64,000 nt of DNA from Nitrospirota bacterium (GCA_029858565.1 JAOUEV010000009.1:10853-74852); one strand, 5' to 3'; numbered from the stretch's first letter, positions 31,423 to 42,768 are shown. The notes: generated by a model not told the origin, from the letters alone. Numbers and translations are program-made.

Positions 31423-31761
31423 ATGTTCGTTTCAATAGCACACGCAATGGGCGCGCCGGGCGGCGCCGCAGGACAGCAGGGCGGAGGAGGGTTCTCGGGT
31501 CTCATCATGATGGCCGTTATCTTCGGCATATTCTACTTCATCCTGATCCGTCCCCAGCAGAAGAAGATGAAAGAGCACAAGAAGATGGTCGACGAACTCA
31601 AGAAGGACGACAAGATCATCACCGGCGGCGGCATCTACGGCGTGGTCAAGGCCACGTCGGAGAACACGGTGACCGTGGAGATCGCCGACGGCGTGCGGGT
31701 GAAGCTCTCGCGCGGGTCGGTCGCCCATGTGCTGACGAACGAAGAAGCCAGCAAGGAATAA
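31423..31761 (+). CDS. yajC: Preprotein translocase subunit YajC
   Basis: YFILIRPQQKK, GGIYG; tgt-yajC-secDF synteny. Confidence 0.96.
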   Translation: MFVSIAHAMGAPGGAAGQQGGGGFSGLIMMAVIFGIFYFILIRPQQKKMKEHKKMVDELKKDDKIITGGGIYGVVKATSENTVTVEIADGVRVKLSRGSVAHVLTNEEASKE

Positions 31762-31849
31762 TGCAAAATCCAGAATGAAAAATGTAAAATGACGGCGAGC
31801 GCGAAACGCTCGTCCGGTATTTCGCATTTCGAACTTTTTGTTTTGCACT
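31761..31849. repeat. Inverted heptamer repeat element (AATGYAA type)
   Basis: atgcaaaatccagaatgaaaaatgtaaaatg ... atttcgcatttcgaactttttgttttgca. Confidence 0.65.
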
Positions 31850-31868
31850 TGATCTGAGGAGGAATTCC

Positions 31869-33440
31869 ATGAAAAAAAGCATTCAGTGGCGGCTCGGCCT
31901 GATCCTGCTGTCGGTGATCGTGGCGCTGTTCCTGTTCCTGCCGTCCACGCCCATTGGGGCGAAGCTGCCTGATGTGTGGAAACAGAACGTGTCGAAGATC
32001 GCTCTGGGGCTCGACCTCCGGGGCGGCAGCCACCTTGTCATGCAGGTGGAGACGGACAAGGCCGTGGAAGCGGCGGTGGACAACATCATCGCGGACCTGC
32101 AGACCACTGCGGCGTCGCAGCAGGTGAAGGTGGTCTTTACGCGCAGCGGCCAGGACATCACCGCGAAGTTCGAGGAATCCCTGGAGGAAAAGGTCCGGGA
32201 TTTCGTGACAAAGACCTATGCCGTGCTGAAGGAAACGTCCCGGGGCCGCGGCGAGCTGATGTTCGCGCTCGATCCGGTCCGCGCGACCGAAATGAAGGAT
32301 GATGCGGTCCGGCAGGCCAAGGAGCGGACCGAGCGCAGGATCAACAAGTTCGGCGTTGCCGAGCCCAATGTGTACAAACAGGGCAGGGACCAGCTGGTGA
32401 TCCAGCTGCCGGGCATCAAGAACCCCCAGGAGGCGATCTCCTTCATGAAGACCGCCGGCAGGCTCGAGTTCAAGCTTGTGGACACCGAGTCGGACCTGCA
32501 GAAGGCCCTGTCCGGAAAAGTGCCTGACGGCCGGGAGATTCTGTACAGCGAGGGAGTGGGCGAGTCGGGCAAGATATCCCGCCAGCCCTATATTCTGCAC
32601 AAACAGACGCTCCTGACCGGCGACCGGCTGAAAGAGGCCAAGGTCGGCATAGATGAATACGGCAAACCGTCGGTGAGCATCACCTTCGACGGCGATGGGG
32701 CCCGGGTGTTCGAGCGCATCACCGGGGAGAACGTGGGCAGGCAGCTGGCCATCGTGCTTGACGGCATCGTGCATTCCGCTCCGCGTATCAAGGACCGCAT
32801 CTCCGGCGGCAGCGCCCAGATCACCGGCAGTTTCACCCATGACGAGGCAGCGAAGCTGGCTATCGTGCTGCGCGAGTCGCTTCCGGCACCCATGAAGGTC
32901 GTGCAGAACGTCACGGTAGGACCGTCGCTTGGCCAGGATTCGATCAACAAGGGGGTCCGGGCGGCGCTCATCGGCGGGCTGGTCGTGGTGGTGTTCATGG
33001 TCGTGTACTACGGCATGTCCGGCATCATCGCGGACTACGCCATCGTTCTGAACCTGGTGCTGCTTCTGGGCGCCATGGCCTTCCTGAACGCGACGCTGAC
33101 CCTGCCGGGCATCGCCGGCATCATCCTGACCGTCGGCATGGGCGTGGACTCGAACGTGCTGATGTTCGAGCGCATCCGCGAGGAGATCCGGGCGGGCAAA
33201 CCTCCGCGGCCTGCCATCGACTCGGGTTACGACAAGGCGTTCCTGACCATCCTGGACTCCCATGTGACCACGCTGATCACTGCCGCCATGCTGTTCATGT
33301 TCGGCACCGGCCCTATCAAGGGCTTTGCGGTCAGTTTGAGCCTGGGGATCATGATCAATCTCTACTCGGCGCTCGTCGGCACCAAGGTGATCTTCGATAT
33401 CATCAACGCCAAGTGGAAGCTGGAGAAACTGAGCATTTAA
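31869..33440 (+). CDS. secD: Protein translocase subunit SecD
   Basis: LGLDLRGG, VGPSLG, VDSNVLMFERIREE motifs. Confidence 0.97.
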   Translation: MKKSIQWRLGLILLSVIVALFLFLPSTPIGAKLPDVWKQNVSKIALGLDLRGGSHLVMQVETDKAVEAAVDNIIADLQTTAASQQVKVVFTRSGQDITAKFEESLEEKVRDFVTKTYAVLKETSRGRGELMFALDPVRATEMKDDAVRQAKERTERRINKFGVAEPNVYKQGRDQLVIQLPGIKNPQEAISFMKTAGRLEFKLVDTESDLQKALSGKVPDGREILYSEGVGESGKISRQPYILHKQTLLTGDRLKEAKVGIDEYGKPSVSITFDGDGARVFERITGENVGRQLAIVLDGIVHSAPRIKDRISGGSAQITGSFTHDEAAKLAIVLRESLPAPMKVVQNVTVGPSLGQDSINKGVRAALIGGLVVVVFMVVYYGMSGIIADYAIVLNLVLLLGAMAFLNATLTLPGIAGIILTVGMGVDSNVLMFERIREEIRAGKPPRPAIDSGYDKAFLTILDSHVTTLITAAMLFMFGTGPIKGFAVSLSLGIMINLYSALVGTKVIFDIINAKWKLEKLSI

Positions 33441-33445
33441 AGACG

Positions 33446-33503
33446 GTAGGGGCGGCCCTGCGTGGCCGCCCGGGTCAGGGCAACCACACAGGGTTGCCCC
33501 TAC
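33446..33503. repeat. GTAG-family REP doublet, copy 1
   Basis: GTAGGGGCGGCCCTGCGTGGCCGCCC ... GGGCAACCACACAGGGTTGCCCCTAC. Confidence 0.85.
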
Positions 33504-33536
33504 ATCAAAATGACAAAAACGGTTTCGGAGGCAACA

Positions 33537-34445
33537 ATGCTGCAAATACTGCATAAGACCAACATCAATTTCATGGGATGGAAGAACCTGTCCTTCTCGA
33601 TCGCGGCGGTCATGATCTCGCTCGGGCTTCTCGCGCTGGTCCAGATCAGCCGCGGCAAGGCGAACATGGGCATTGACTTCGTCGGCGGCACCACGGTGCA
33701 GTTGAGCTTCAAGGACCGCCTCCCGATCGACGAGGCGCGGACCGCGCTCGACAAGGCCGGGTACCAGGGGTTCACTCTCCAGGAGTTCAGCGACGGCAAC
33801 AAGATCCTGATCCGGCTGAGGGAGCATGAGGGCGTCGCCGAGAAGGTCGTGGGAACCATCAAGACCGCATTTCCCGCCAGGCCGTTCGAGGTGGACAGTA
33901 CGACCGAGATCGGGCCGACGATCGGAGCGGATCTTCAAAAGGACGCGCTGCTTGCCGTGGTCTTTTCGGTGATCGCGATCATCATCTATATAGCTATCCG
34001 GTTCGAGTTCAAGTTCGGCGTGGCAGCGGCCATCGCCACGATCCATGATGTCTGCGCGGTGCTCGCAGTCTTCTGGATCATGAACAAGGAGATCAACCTC
34101 CTGATCGTAACGGCTCTCCTGACCCTGGCAGGTTACTCCCTGACCGACACGGTCGTGGTCTTTGATCGCATCCGGGAGAACCTCAAGAAAGCGAGAAGGG
34201 AGCCGTTGCCGCAGCTCGTGAATGACAGCATCAACGAGGTCCTGTCCCGGACGATCATCACCTCGCTCACCGTGGTGCTCGTGCTGGTGCCGCTCGTCAT
34301 GTTCGGCGGGGAGGTCCTTCACGACTTTTCGCTGGCATTGCTGCTCGGCGTAATGGTCGGAACGTACTCCTCGGTGTTCGTTGCAAGCCCGATCCTGGCC
34401 GTGTGGCACGCGAAGGCCGGCGGTCAATTGATCAGGAAAAAATAG
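33537..34445 (+). CDS. secF: Protein translocase subunit SecF
   Basis: GIDFVGG, IGPTIG, DTVVVFDRIREN, GTYSS motifs. Confidence 0.97.
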   Translation: MLQILHKTNINFMGWKNLSFSIAAVMISLGLLALVQISRGKANMGIDFVGGTTVQLSFKDRLPIDEARTALDKAGYQGFTLQEFSDGNKILIRLREHEGVAEKVVGTIKTAFPARPFEVDSTTEIGPTIGADLQKDALLAVVFSVIAIIIYIAIRFEFKFGVAAAIATIHDVCAVLAVFWIMNKEINLLIVTALLTLAGYSLTDTVVVFDRIRENLKKARREPLPQLVNDSINEVLSRTIITSLTVVLVLVPLVMFGGEVLHDFSLALLLGVMVGTYSSVFVASPILAVWHAKAGGQLIRKK

Positions 34446-34484
34446 TCCCACGGGCGCCAACAGAGAACCAAGGAATATATCCGG

Positions 34485-34517
34485 TCCCCTCCCGTTACGG
34501 GAGGGGATTCCTTTTTG
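34485..34517 (+). terminator. Intrinsic terminator after secF
   Basis: TCCCCTCCCG-TTA-CGGGAGGGGA followed by TTCCTTTTT. Confidence 0.8.
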
Positions 34518-34566
34518 GCGCCAGGGAAGAGCGGGTGAAGCAGGATAGCACCGTACGAGAAATACT

Positions 34567-35241
34567 ATGAAGAGAAAGACCATACGCATTGCCGGCAGTG
34601 ATTCTGTTGCCATGGAAATGAACGACCCTGTCGGTCTCACCTGCGGCGTCGCGGGCTGCGACGCGAACTGTTGCAAGAACGGGCCGCACATCATCCTGAA
34701 TCCCTATGAGATTGCGCTTATCTGCTCGGCGAGCGGCCTCTCCTACGAAGATCTGCTCGATGTGGTGGAAACGGACCGTGTGAACGGATTTCCGCTCGTG
34801 ATGCTGCCACGCGATCCGGCCTGTCATTTCTGGACAGAGCAGGGGTGCAGCATCTATGCTGCCCGACCCCTTGCCTGCAGGCTCTTTCCCCTGGGCAGGG
34901 TTTTTGACCATGGCCGGTCCTTCTTCGTCACGCCGGACCGGAACCTATGCAAAGGGCTGGCGCAGGCGCCCAGTCGTACTCTGGCCCAATATCTTGACGA
35001 GCAGGACACGAAAACGCAGATCACCATGGCCGACCGGTGGATCGAGTTCGTCACTGAGATGGAGCAGCAATCCTTTCCGGATAAGCCGGTGACCTCGGTC
35101 GCGTTCCATATGCTCGTATACAGTCCGGATACGCCCCCATCTTCCGATTCTGCGCAATCACCCGAATCTCCGGAAGATCGGTTCCTTCTTCGCATGGACA
35201 CCGCGAGACGCAAGCTTCCCCAATTTTTACGGTCCTCTTGA
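34567..35241 (+). CDS. YkgJ-family cysteine-cluster protein
   Basis: CxxxxCxxxCC and CHF...CSIYAARPLACRLFP motifs. Confidence 0.88.
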   Translation: MKRKTIRIAGSDSVAMEMNDPVGLTCGVAGCDANCCKNGPHIILNPYEIALICSASGLSYEDLLDVVETDRVNGFPLVMLPRDPACHFWTEQGCSIYAARPLACRLFPLGRVFDHGRSFFVTPDRNLCKGLAQAPSRTLAQYLDEQDTKTQITMADRWIEFVTEMEQQSFPDKPVTSVAFHMLVYSPDTPPSSDSAQSPESPEDRFLLRMDTARRKLPQFLRSS

Positions 35242-35289
35242 GCAAGAAGGTCTCTTGACAGGCCTTCCATGCCTCTATAATATAGACCT

Positions 35290-37785
35290 ATGTGGGGACA
35301 GTATATCCTATTGAGCGCTTACCGCCGAACGTTTCCGGCTGCGATTACCGCCTGCCTGGTCTGTTCAACGGCGCTTGTGCTCGGAACAGGATGCGCGACC
35401 ACGGCTGTTAACACTCCGCCCCCTGCCACCGCCATATATCATCATATGGCGTCCCATACAGCAGCGACCGCTGCCTCCACGCAGTCCCCAATATCCATGC
35501 CCGAGATCGCCGATCCCGGAACAGGTTTTCGCGCTGCCATGGATGCCTTTGCCGCAGGCGACCACGAACGGGCCGCGCTTTTGTGCCGCGGTATGATGGA
35601 ACGCTATCCGGAAAGCCCCTGGAAGCGCCGCTCGCACTTCCTGCTGGGGCGGACATTCCTTGCCCGGAACATGACCGCTGATGCGGAAGAGGCCCTGCAG
35701 CGCGTGGCGGCGGAATATCCTGATTTTGCAGACTACGCCTTGTTCCTGCTGGCAGAGCATCTGCGGACCCGGCAGCGGCCTGCGGATGCGGCGGCGATCT
35801 GGCATCGGCTGGCCACCCATTATCCGTCGAGCCTGCTCGTTCCCCGGGCGCTCACGCTGCGGGCGCAGGCGTTGATGGAAGCGGGCCTGCACAAGGAAGC
35901 AGTATCGGCCTTTGAGCAGGTCCTGCGCGAATACCCCCGGTCGGACGCCGCGGCCGATGCCGCGTTCGGGCTCGGGACCGCGCGCGTCGGCGCCGCGGAC
36001 CTGGCCGGAGCCGCACAGGCGTTCCAACTGGTGAAGATCAAGTATCCTTCTCCGGAGCGGGACCAGACAGCGGACCGCGCGATCGCCCGACTGGCGGATT
36101 ACGGGATCGAGGCGCCGCGGATGACCGCAGAAGAACTTCTCGAGCGTGCGCGGAACCTCTATCGTTCAAGTCAGTTCGATCGCGCGCAGATCTCCTACCT
36201 GGCTGTCCTGGACCGCGATCCGGCGCATTCCCAAAAGGCTGAGATACTGCTCCGGAGCGGCATTGCCCTTTACAATATCGGGAGGCGCGTGGACTCTGCC
36301 GCAGTGCTGGAGCGGCTGCTGAAGGCGAAACTGCCGGACTGCAGATGCGCCGAAGCACTGCACTGGCTCGGCAAATCCTATAGCAGGCTTGGTATGCGCG
36401 AAGAGGCCGTGCGCACCTTTCTCCGGCTCACGCGGGACCATCCGGACAGCGACTGGGCCGATGATGCGCTCTATCTTGCCGGGAACGTGTACCGCGACGC
36501 AGGGGACATGAATAAGGCGCTGGTCTACTACCGGAGATTGACTGCGGAATATCCGGAAAGTTCTTTTGCCGACAGCGCCCTCTGGTGGGAAGGCTGGAAC
36601 GCCTACAGTGCCGGTGAATACTCAAAGTCCATCAGCGTTCTGCGCGAGATCGTACGCCGCTATCCACGGTCCTTTCTCGTGAACCAGGCGCTGTACTGGA
36701 TGGGACGGTCCGCGGACGCCTCGGGTGACCAGGCGGCCGCTGCTGCCCACTATCGCCGCGTTCTCAGCCACGGGCCGTATACCTATTACGGAACGCTTGC
36801 CGCGCAGCGTCTTGAACGGTCGTTTTCCCTGATGCCCGCTTCTCTCGACCTGCACGATGGGGCGGAGGAGCAGGATTCGGATCAGACGGAGGATGGGGAA
36901 GTTGACGATGACGGGCTTCTGCCCCAAGGAAGTCCTCCTGCATGGACCGAGGACGCCATTGAAGCGCTGTCGAGCAATCCCTCGTACCGCCGGACCCTCG
37001 AACTGATGTATCTCGGCATGAAGAAAGAGGCTGCTGCTGAACTCTGGTCGCTCCTGGACCTGATGCCCGGCAGGTCGGGCGCGGTCCTGGGACTTTCCAA
37101 GGCCTTTTTCGAACTGGGCGACTATCACAGTTCCATCATCATCGTCCTGCGGAACTTTGAGCGGCTTCTGGAGAGGCCTTCGGAGCGGTTGCCCGAGGAC
37201 CTCTGGCGGCTTGCTTATCCCCAGGGTTTCTGGCCGAACATTACGTCAAGTGCGAAGAAATACGGACTGGACCCCTATTTTGTCGCTGCCATCATCCGTG
37301 AGGAGAGCCAATTCAGGCCTGACGCGGTCTCTCCGGCAGGCGCCCGCGGTGTCATGCAGGTCATGCCGTCGACCGGAGAATGGATCGCACGGAATACGGG
37401 TATCTCCGGGTTCGAGCGCTCCCGGCTGTTCGAGGCCGAGACGAACATCAGTCTCGGTGCCTGGTATCTCGCACATCTCATGAAGAAGTTCAACGGGAGC
37501 CTGACCCTCGTGAGTGCGTCCTATAATGCAGGACCGGAGCCGGTGATGGCGTGGTCAGCAAGACCGGGGGGAACTGCTGATCCCGCGGTGTTCGTGGAAA
37601 TGATCCCCTATGCAGAGACGCGGGGGTACGTAAAAAAGGTCCTCAGGAACTACGCTGAATACCGCAGACTCTACGGTACTGCCGGCCAGGCCATGCTCTC
37701 TCCTGCCGGTTATCAGGGCAAGGCCGGCGTTCCGTCCGCGCTGCACGAGAATGCTCGGTTGTGCAAGGCGGGGGGCTGCCCATGA
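35290..37785 (+). CDS. TPR-containing soluble lytic transglycosylase (Slt-like, probable lipoprotein)
   Basis: Many TPRs; C-terminal SLT motifs IIREESQF, GARGVMQVMP, ASYNAG, ETRGYVKKV. Confidence 0.9.
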   Translation: MWGQYILLSAYRRTFPAAITACLVCSTALVLGTGCATTAVNTPPPATAIYHHMASHTAATAASTQSPISMPEIADPGTGFRAAMDAFAAGDHERAALLCRGMMERYPESPWKRRSHFLLGRTFLARNMTADAEEALQRVAAEYPDFADYALFLLAEHLRTRQRPADAAAIWHRLATHYPSSLLVPRALTLRAQALMEAGLHKEAVSAFEQVLREYPRSDAAADAAFGLGTARVGAADLAGAAQAFQLVKIKYPSPERDQTADRAIARLADYGIEAPRMTAEELLERARNLYRSSQFDRAQISYLAVLDRDPAHSQKAEILLRSGIALYNIGRRVDSAAVLERLLKAKLPDCRCAEALHWLGKSYSRLGMREEAVRTFLRLTRDHPDSDWADDALYLAGNVYRDAGDMNKALVYYRRLTAEYPESSFADSALWWEGWNAYSAGEYSKSISVLREIVRRYPRSFLVNQALYWMGRSADASGDQAAAAAHYRRVLSHGPYTYYGTLAAQRLERSFSLMPASLDLHDGAEEQDSDQTEDGEVDDDGLLPQGSPPAWTEDAIEALSSNPSYRRTLELMYLGMKKEAAAELWSLLDLMPGRSGAVLGLSKAFFELGDYHSSIIIVLRNFERLLERPSERLPEDLWRLAYPQGFWPNITSSAKKYGLDPYFVAAIIREESQFRPDAVSPAGARGVMQVMPSTGEWIARNTGISGFERSRLFEAETNISLGAWYLAHLMKKFNGSLTLVSASYNAGPEPVMAWSARPGGTADPAVFVEMIPYAETRGYVKKVLRNYAEYRRLYGTAGQAMLSPAGYQGKAGVPSALHENARLCKAGGCP

Positions 37786-38075
37786 TCGGCGTCCGGCAGG
37801 GACGGGGAGGGGCAGGCGGAGGCGATCTGCGAGCGAGGCTCGCGGAAGTGGAGCAGCGGGTCAAGAACATTGTCCTGGACAATCGGCAGCTGCGTTCCCG
37901 CGTACAGGAACTTGAGCAGGAACTGGGCCGTGCGCAGGCGGAACTTCAGGGCCTGCAGGTCGCAAAGAAGAAGCACAGTGATGTCCGCGGCCGGCTCGAG
38001 CGGATACTTGCTGTTATCGAGTCCCTGAAAAGCCGGGACAGGGAAGATAACCCGGAATCCACGCCGCAAGAATAG
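37782..38075 (+). CDS. Small coiled-coil protein (ZapB-like)
   Basis: Heptad coiled coil, 97 aa, start overlaps the upstream stop. Confidence 0.6.
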   Translation: MIGVRQGRGGAGGGDLRARLAEVEQRVKNIVLDNRQLRSRVQELEQELGRAQAELQGLQVAKKKHSDVRGRLERILAVIESLKSRDREDNPESTPQE

Positions 38076-38303
38076 CATTGCATCGCTCTGCAGTATTATG
38101 CAAAAAAAGGATATCAAGGCCAAGTGTTTTGAATTACGGCAATTCTAATAGAAAAAAGTGTGGCAAAAATGTCAATATGGTTCCATTTAGGTGAAAATAA
38201 AAGAGAATTGGCCAATGCGTATATTACGGAATTACACCTTTACAGCAGGCCACTCAGTGGCATATACTCGTAGCTAGTAAATTCTGTACAGAGGATATTG
38301 GTT

Positions 38304-39314
38304 ATGAACGATAATAATACCGGTTCCCAGGAAAATGCGTTGGCTGAGTTGAGTAAGCACACTGGAGCGTTTGTTAAAAAACTGCTGCAGATTGAGCAAA
38401 GCATCAATCAAAAAGCTGATGAGTCCGAGATGACTGCTCAGATCGTTGAAGCGGCCGGTATTATGGAAAAACAGTGTGATGAGTTTGAAAGGGCTGTAGC
38501 ATATGATAAAGACATAATTAAGAGCGCCCAGGCTCGGTTCAGAGCCGATACAGACATCATTTTCCTGAAAAGCTATTTTTTGCTGCGAGCCCGCACGTGG
38601 CCGGCAGGGAATGCAGGAGATCACGAAACAATTGAGTCAATATATAGAAATGCACCACTATCGTCTGGAATCGGACGTATTCTGGATCAGCTTTTCCTGA
38701 AATCAACGCTTGCAATGGCCGTAAAAGAGAGAAAGGAAGTCATAAAGCAATTACTCAAGCGGGAAATAAAAAAAAGAAACGAACCCAAAATGCTCAATGT
38801 GGCAAGCGGTTCCTGTCGCGAACTTGTGGAAATAGCGCAAGATATAAAAACATCCAACACCCATCTCATATGTGTGGACATCAGTTCTCAAGCCCTTGAA
38901 GCCGCTTCCATGCGTTTATCATACGCCAACCTCGGGACTGACCAGGTGCAATTCAGAAAATACAATGCGCTAAAAATGATCAGCTCCGATCGAAACATCA
39001 AGGAATTCGGGAAGCAGGATATCATTTACAGCATAGGGCTTTTTGACTATCTGAGCGATGACATGTTGGTGCGCCTGTTGAGCGCTTTATATGATTGCCT
39101 TGAGCCTGGCGGCGTCCTAATAACATCCTACAAAGACAAGGAACATTACAAGTTGTTCGATTATCACTGGCTCACTGATTGGACAAGCTTCTACCAGCGC
39201 TCAAAAGAGCACGTGCGTCAGATATATGCGTCAACGAATATTCCAGCAACGAATGTTGCCTATGAAAAAATGAATTTGCCGGCTATCTACTTTATTCTCG
39301 CGACAAAACCATAA
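38304..39314 (+). CDS. Class I SAM-dependent methyltransferase, PhcB-like
   Basis: RARTWPAGNAGDHETIESIY block, LNVASGSCRE motif I, IYSIGLFDYL motif IV. Confidence 0.72.
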   Translation: MNDNNTGSQENALAELSKHTGAFVKKLLQIEQSINQKADESEMTAQIVEAAGIMEKQCDEFERAVAYDKDIIKSAQARFRADTDIIFLKSYFLLRARTWPAGNAGDHETIESIYRNAPLSSGIGRILDQLFLKSTLAMAVKERKEVIKQLLKREIKKRNEPKMLNVASGSCRELVEIAQDIKTSNTHLICVDISSQALEAASMRLSYANLGTDQVQFRKYNALKMISSDRNIKEFGKQDIIYSIGLFDYLSDDMLVRLLSALYDCLEPGGVLITSYKDKEHYKLFDYHWLTDWTSFYQRSKEHVRQIYASTNIPATNVAYEKMNLPAIYFILATKP

Positions 39315-39335
39315 ATTTCAAACGAAAGAACATTG

Positions 39336-41501
39336 ATGATGCAACAACTCAATAAAGCCGCTTCCAGAACTCCCCGTGGTCAATACATGCGGGAGCAAAT
39401 GGAAATTAAATTACAGTATTGGACCGGCAATGTGATGATTATGGGGATCATCTTGTTTCCGCTCATATCAATTGCCGACTATTTCCGGACGAAAAGCGAG
39501 TTCGCCACGTTCGCGGGGTACAGAGCCGCCGTAACGCTGATATTGATACTTACCTACTATCTGAACAAGATCAAAAGAAGTCTTCAATATCAGTATTCGC
39601 TTATTATCATTGGCACCATCGCATCGGCGGTTACCATAGAAGCAATGATACTTTCCCTGGGTGGCCACCAATCCTCATATTATGCAGGGATGAGTTTGCT
39701 GGTGATCGGAGTGATAGGGCTGATTCCCTATGACATATATGTGGCTGTTCTGATGGCGGTAATCATCTACGCAATATACCTGGTGCCGATCCTCGTGCTG
39801 GATCCGATCACGAACAGCGCATTATTTGTGGAAAACAACGTATTCTTGTTGTCCACCATTGTCATTACATCAACGTGGCGCTATATCTTTCAGCGAATTA
39901 TGCTGAATGAAATGAGTTTGCAGTACGAGCTCACGGAGGATCGAGATAAACTCGAACGCGAGGTTCAGCAGAGAACTCAGGACCTGTATCAGTCGGAGCT
40001 TTGGCACCGCTCGCTGTTCGAGAATGCGACTGACGGGATTATGGTCCTCGACAAAAGCGGCATCATTGTGAACGTCAATGCAAAAGCATGCGCAATCTAC
40101 GGTTTCCCGCAGGAAGCCATGATAGGAACGCAAGTTGCGCTGCTGGCTGCCGAAGAAAAGGACCAAGTGGCAAATCGCCTTCACAAAATACTTGACGGCG
40201 AGACCATGTACTACGAGGCTGAGCACTACCGCCGGGACGGGAAGCGCATTGCGGTCGAGATCAGCGCGAAGGCGATCAAACTGGGAAACGAGACCTACAT
40301 CCAGTCATTCCAGCGCGATGTTACGGAAAAGAAAAAGATCCAGGACCATCTGGTCCAGTCCCAGAAGATGGAATCCATCGGCATACTGGCCGGAGGCATT
40401 GCCCACGACTTCAACAACGTTCTGACCGCCATCCTCGGCTTTATCGGATCGATCATGAAAGAGAACATCCAGAGCGAGAAGATACTGAAACGTCTGCGGG
40501 TCATGGAGCGGACCGCTCAGAATGCCTCGCGGATGGTATCACAGCTCCTGGGTTTCGCGCGGAAGAGCGAGATGAAGTTCGTTCCCCTGAACCTCCGGGA
40601 CATCATTCTGGACACCTCAAAGCTCCTCGAAGGGTTTATGGAAAAAACGGTAAGACTCGACCTGCAGATCGACCGAAATCTGCCGATCATCAAGGGGGAT
40701 ATCGCTCAACTGGAGCAGGTATTGATGAACCTCGTCATGAATGCGCGCGACGCCATGTCCGGAGGCGGGATTGTGACGATCAAGGCGGAAGCGGTCCGGG
40801 CGGGCGCCGGCACTCCGCACATCCCTCCGTATATTCCCGACGGCGAGTATGTCGAGCTGACCGTATCCGACACGGGTCGCGGCATCCCCGAGAACATCAA
40901 GGACAAGATCTTCGAACCCTTTTTCACGACCAAGGACCGGGGAAAAGGGACCGGACTCGGACTTTCCATGGTGTACGGCTCCGTGACCGACCACCAAGGG
41001 TATATCACGGTCAGAAGCAAGGTAAACAAAGGAACGACATTCACCATCTACTTCCCCGTATGCGGAGAAGAACTGCCGACAGCGGCGGTGGAGAGCGGTC
41101 ACCCGGTCCCGGCGAAGCTTGCGGGGAGCGAGACTGTACTGGTCGTGGACGATGACGAGAACGTGCTGACCTTTGTCAAGGACACGCTCGAGTCCAACGG
41201 CTACCGGGTTCTGGCCACCAGCAGTCCCATGAATGCAATCGATCTGTTCACCAAGATGCACGAGGAGATCGACCTGGTGATCACCGATGTGATCATGCCG
41301 CTCATCGACGGCGGCGAGCTCATGCGGCAGGTCCGGGCGGTCAAGCCGGATGTCAAGGTGCTCACCATATCGGCCTACCGCGATTTCGGCGACCGTGCGG
41401 ACGATATTCGCTCAACTCCGTTCCTCCAGAAACCCTTCAACGGCTCCCATCTTCTCGCGACGATACGGAATATGCTCGACACCGGAAAAGTATCCGCCTA
41501 G
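39336..41501 (+). CDS. Membrane hybrid histidine kinase (multi-TM, PAS, HisKA, HATPase, REC)
   Basis: About six TM helices, PAS, AHDFNN H-box, NARDA, DTGRGI, GTGLGL, receiver DD...D...KP. Confidence 0.93.
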   Translation: MMQQLNKAASRTPRGQYMREQMEIKLQYWTGNVMIMGIILFPLISIADYFRTKSEFATFAGYRAAVTLILILTYYLNKIKRSLQYQYSLIIIGTIASAVTIEAMILSLGGHQSSYYAGMSLLVIGVIGLIPYDIYVAVLMAVIIYAIYLVPILVLDPITNSALFVENNVFLLSTIVITSTWRYIFQRIMLNEMSLQYELTEDRDKLEREVQQRTQDLYQSELWHRSLFENATDGIMVLDKSGIIVNVNAKACAIYGFPQEAMIGTQVALLAAEEKDQVANRLHKILDGETMYYEAEHYRRDGKRIAVEISAKAIKLGNETYIQSFQRDVTEKKKIQDHLVQSQKMESIGILAGGIAHDFNNVLTAILGFIGSIMKENIQSEKILKRLRVMERTAQNASRMVSQLLGFARKSEMKFVPLNLRDIILDTSKLLEGFMEKTVRLDLQIDRNLPIIKGDIAQLEQVLMNLVMNARDAMSGGGIVTIKAEAVRAGAGTPHIPPYIPDGEYVELTVSDTGRGIPENIKDKIFEPFFTTKDRGKGTGLGLSMVYGSVTDHQGYITVRSKVNKGTTFTIYFPVCGEELPTAAVESGHPVPAKLAGSETVLVVDDDENVLTFVKDTLESNGYRVLATSSPMNAIDLFTKMHEEIDLVITDVIMPLIDGGELMRQVRAVKPDVKVLTISAYRDFGDRADDIRSTPFLQKPFNGSHLLATIRNMLDTGKVSA

Positions 41502-41620
41502 TCCGCTGTACAACCGCATTCGGAAAAAGATCCGCTGTTCCGGCGACCATCAAGCTGCGTGTCTGATCTGCGTCTCCTCTCAGGTAATTTCTGTTTATCA
41601 TTTCATCAGTTGATTAATAA

Positions 41621-42616
<996 letters not shown>

Positions 42617-42619
42617 GCA

Positions 42620-42768
42620 AGGAATGCGGAATGCGGAATCCGGAGTGCGGAATGGTAATGAAAAACAAATTCGCGCAGAGGTAGGAGACGCGGAGAAATG
42701 ATAGCCTGACAGCTTTGCCGTTAAGGAAAATGAATCAACCCGGCGCTCTCTGCGTGCTCCGCGCGAGA
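42620..42768. repeat. Heptamer (GGAATGC) array plus nonamer inverted element between nifH and nifD
   Basis: ggaatgcggaatgcggaatccggagtgcggaatg; tcgcgcagag...ctctgcgtgctccgcgcgag. Confidence 0.7.

Noticed and set aside
31635-34694. 1019-aa minus-strand ORF
   Set aside because: Antisense shadow of secD/secF caused by GC-rich codon bias; it has no recognisable domains. The same applies to most other long overlapping ORFs in the track.
38258-38275. Sigma54-like TGGCATATACTCGTAGC before the methyltransferase
   Set aside because: GG-to-GC spacing is 12 rather than the required 10 nt.
38076-38300. Possible 6S RNA or zapA after the ZapB-like gene
   Set aside because: The sequence is AT-rich without the long 6S hairpin or a ZapA ORF.
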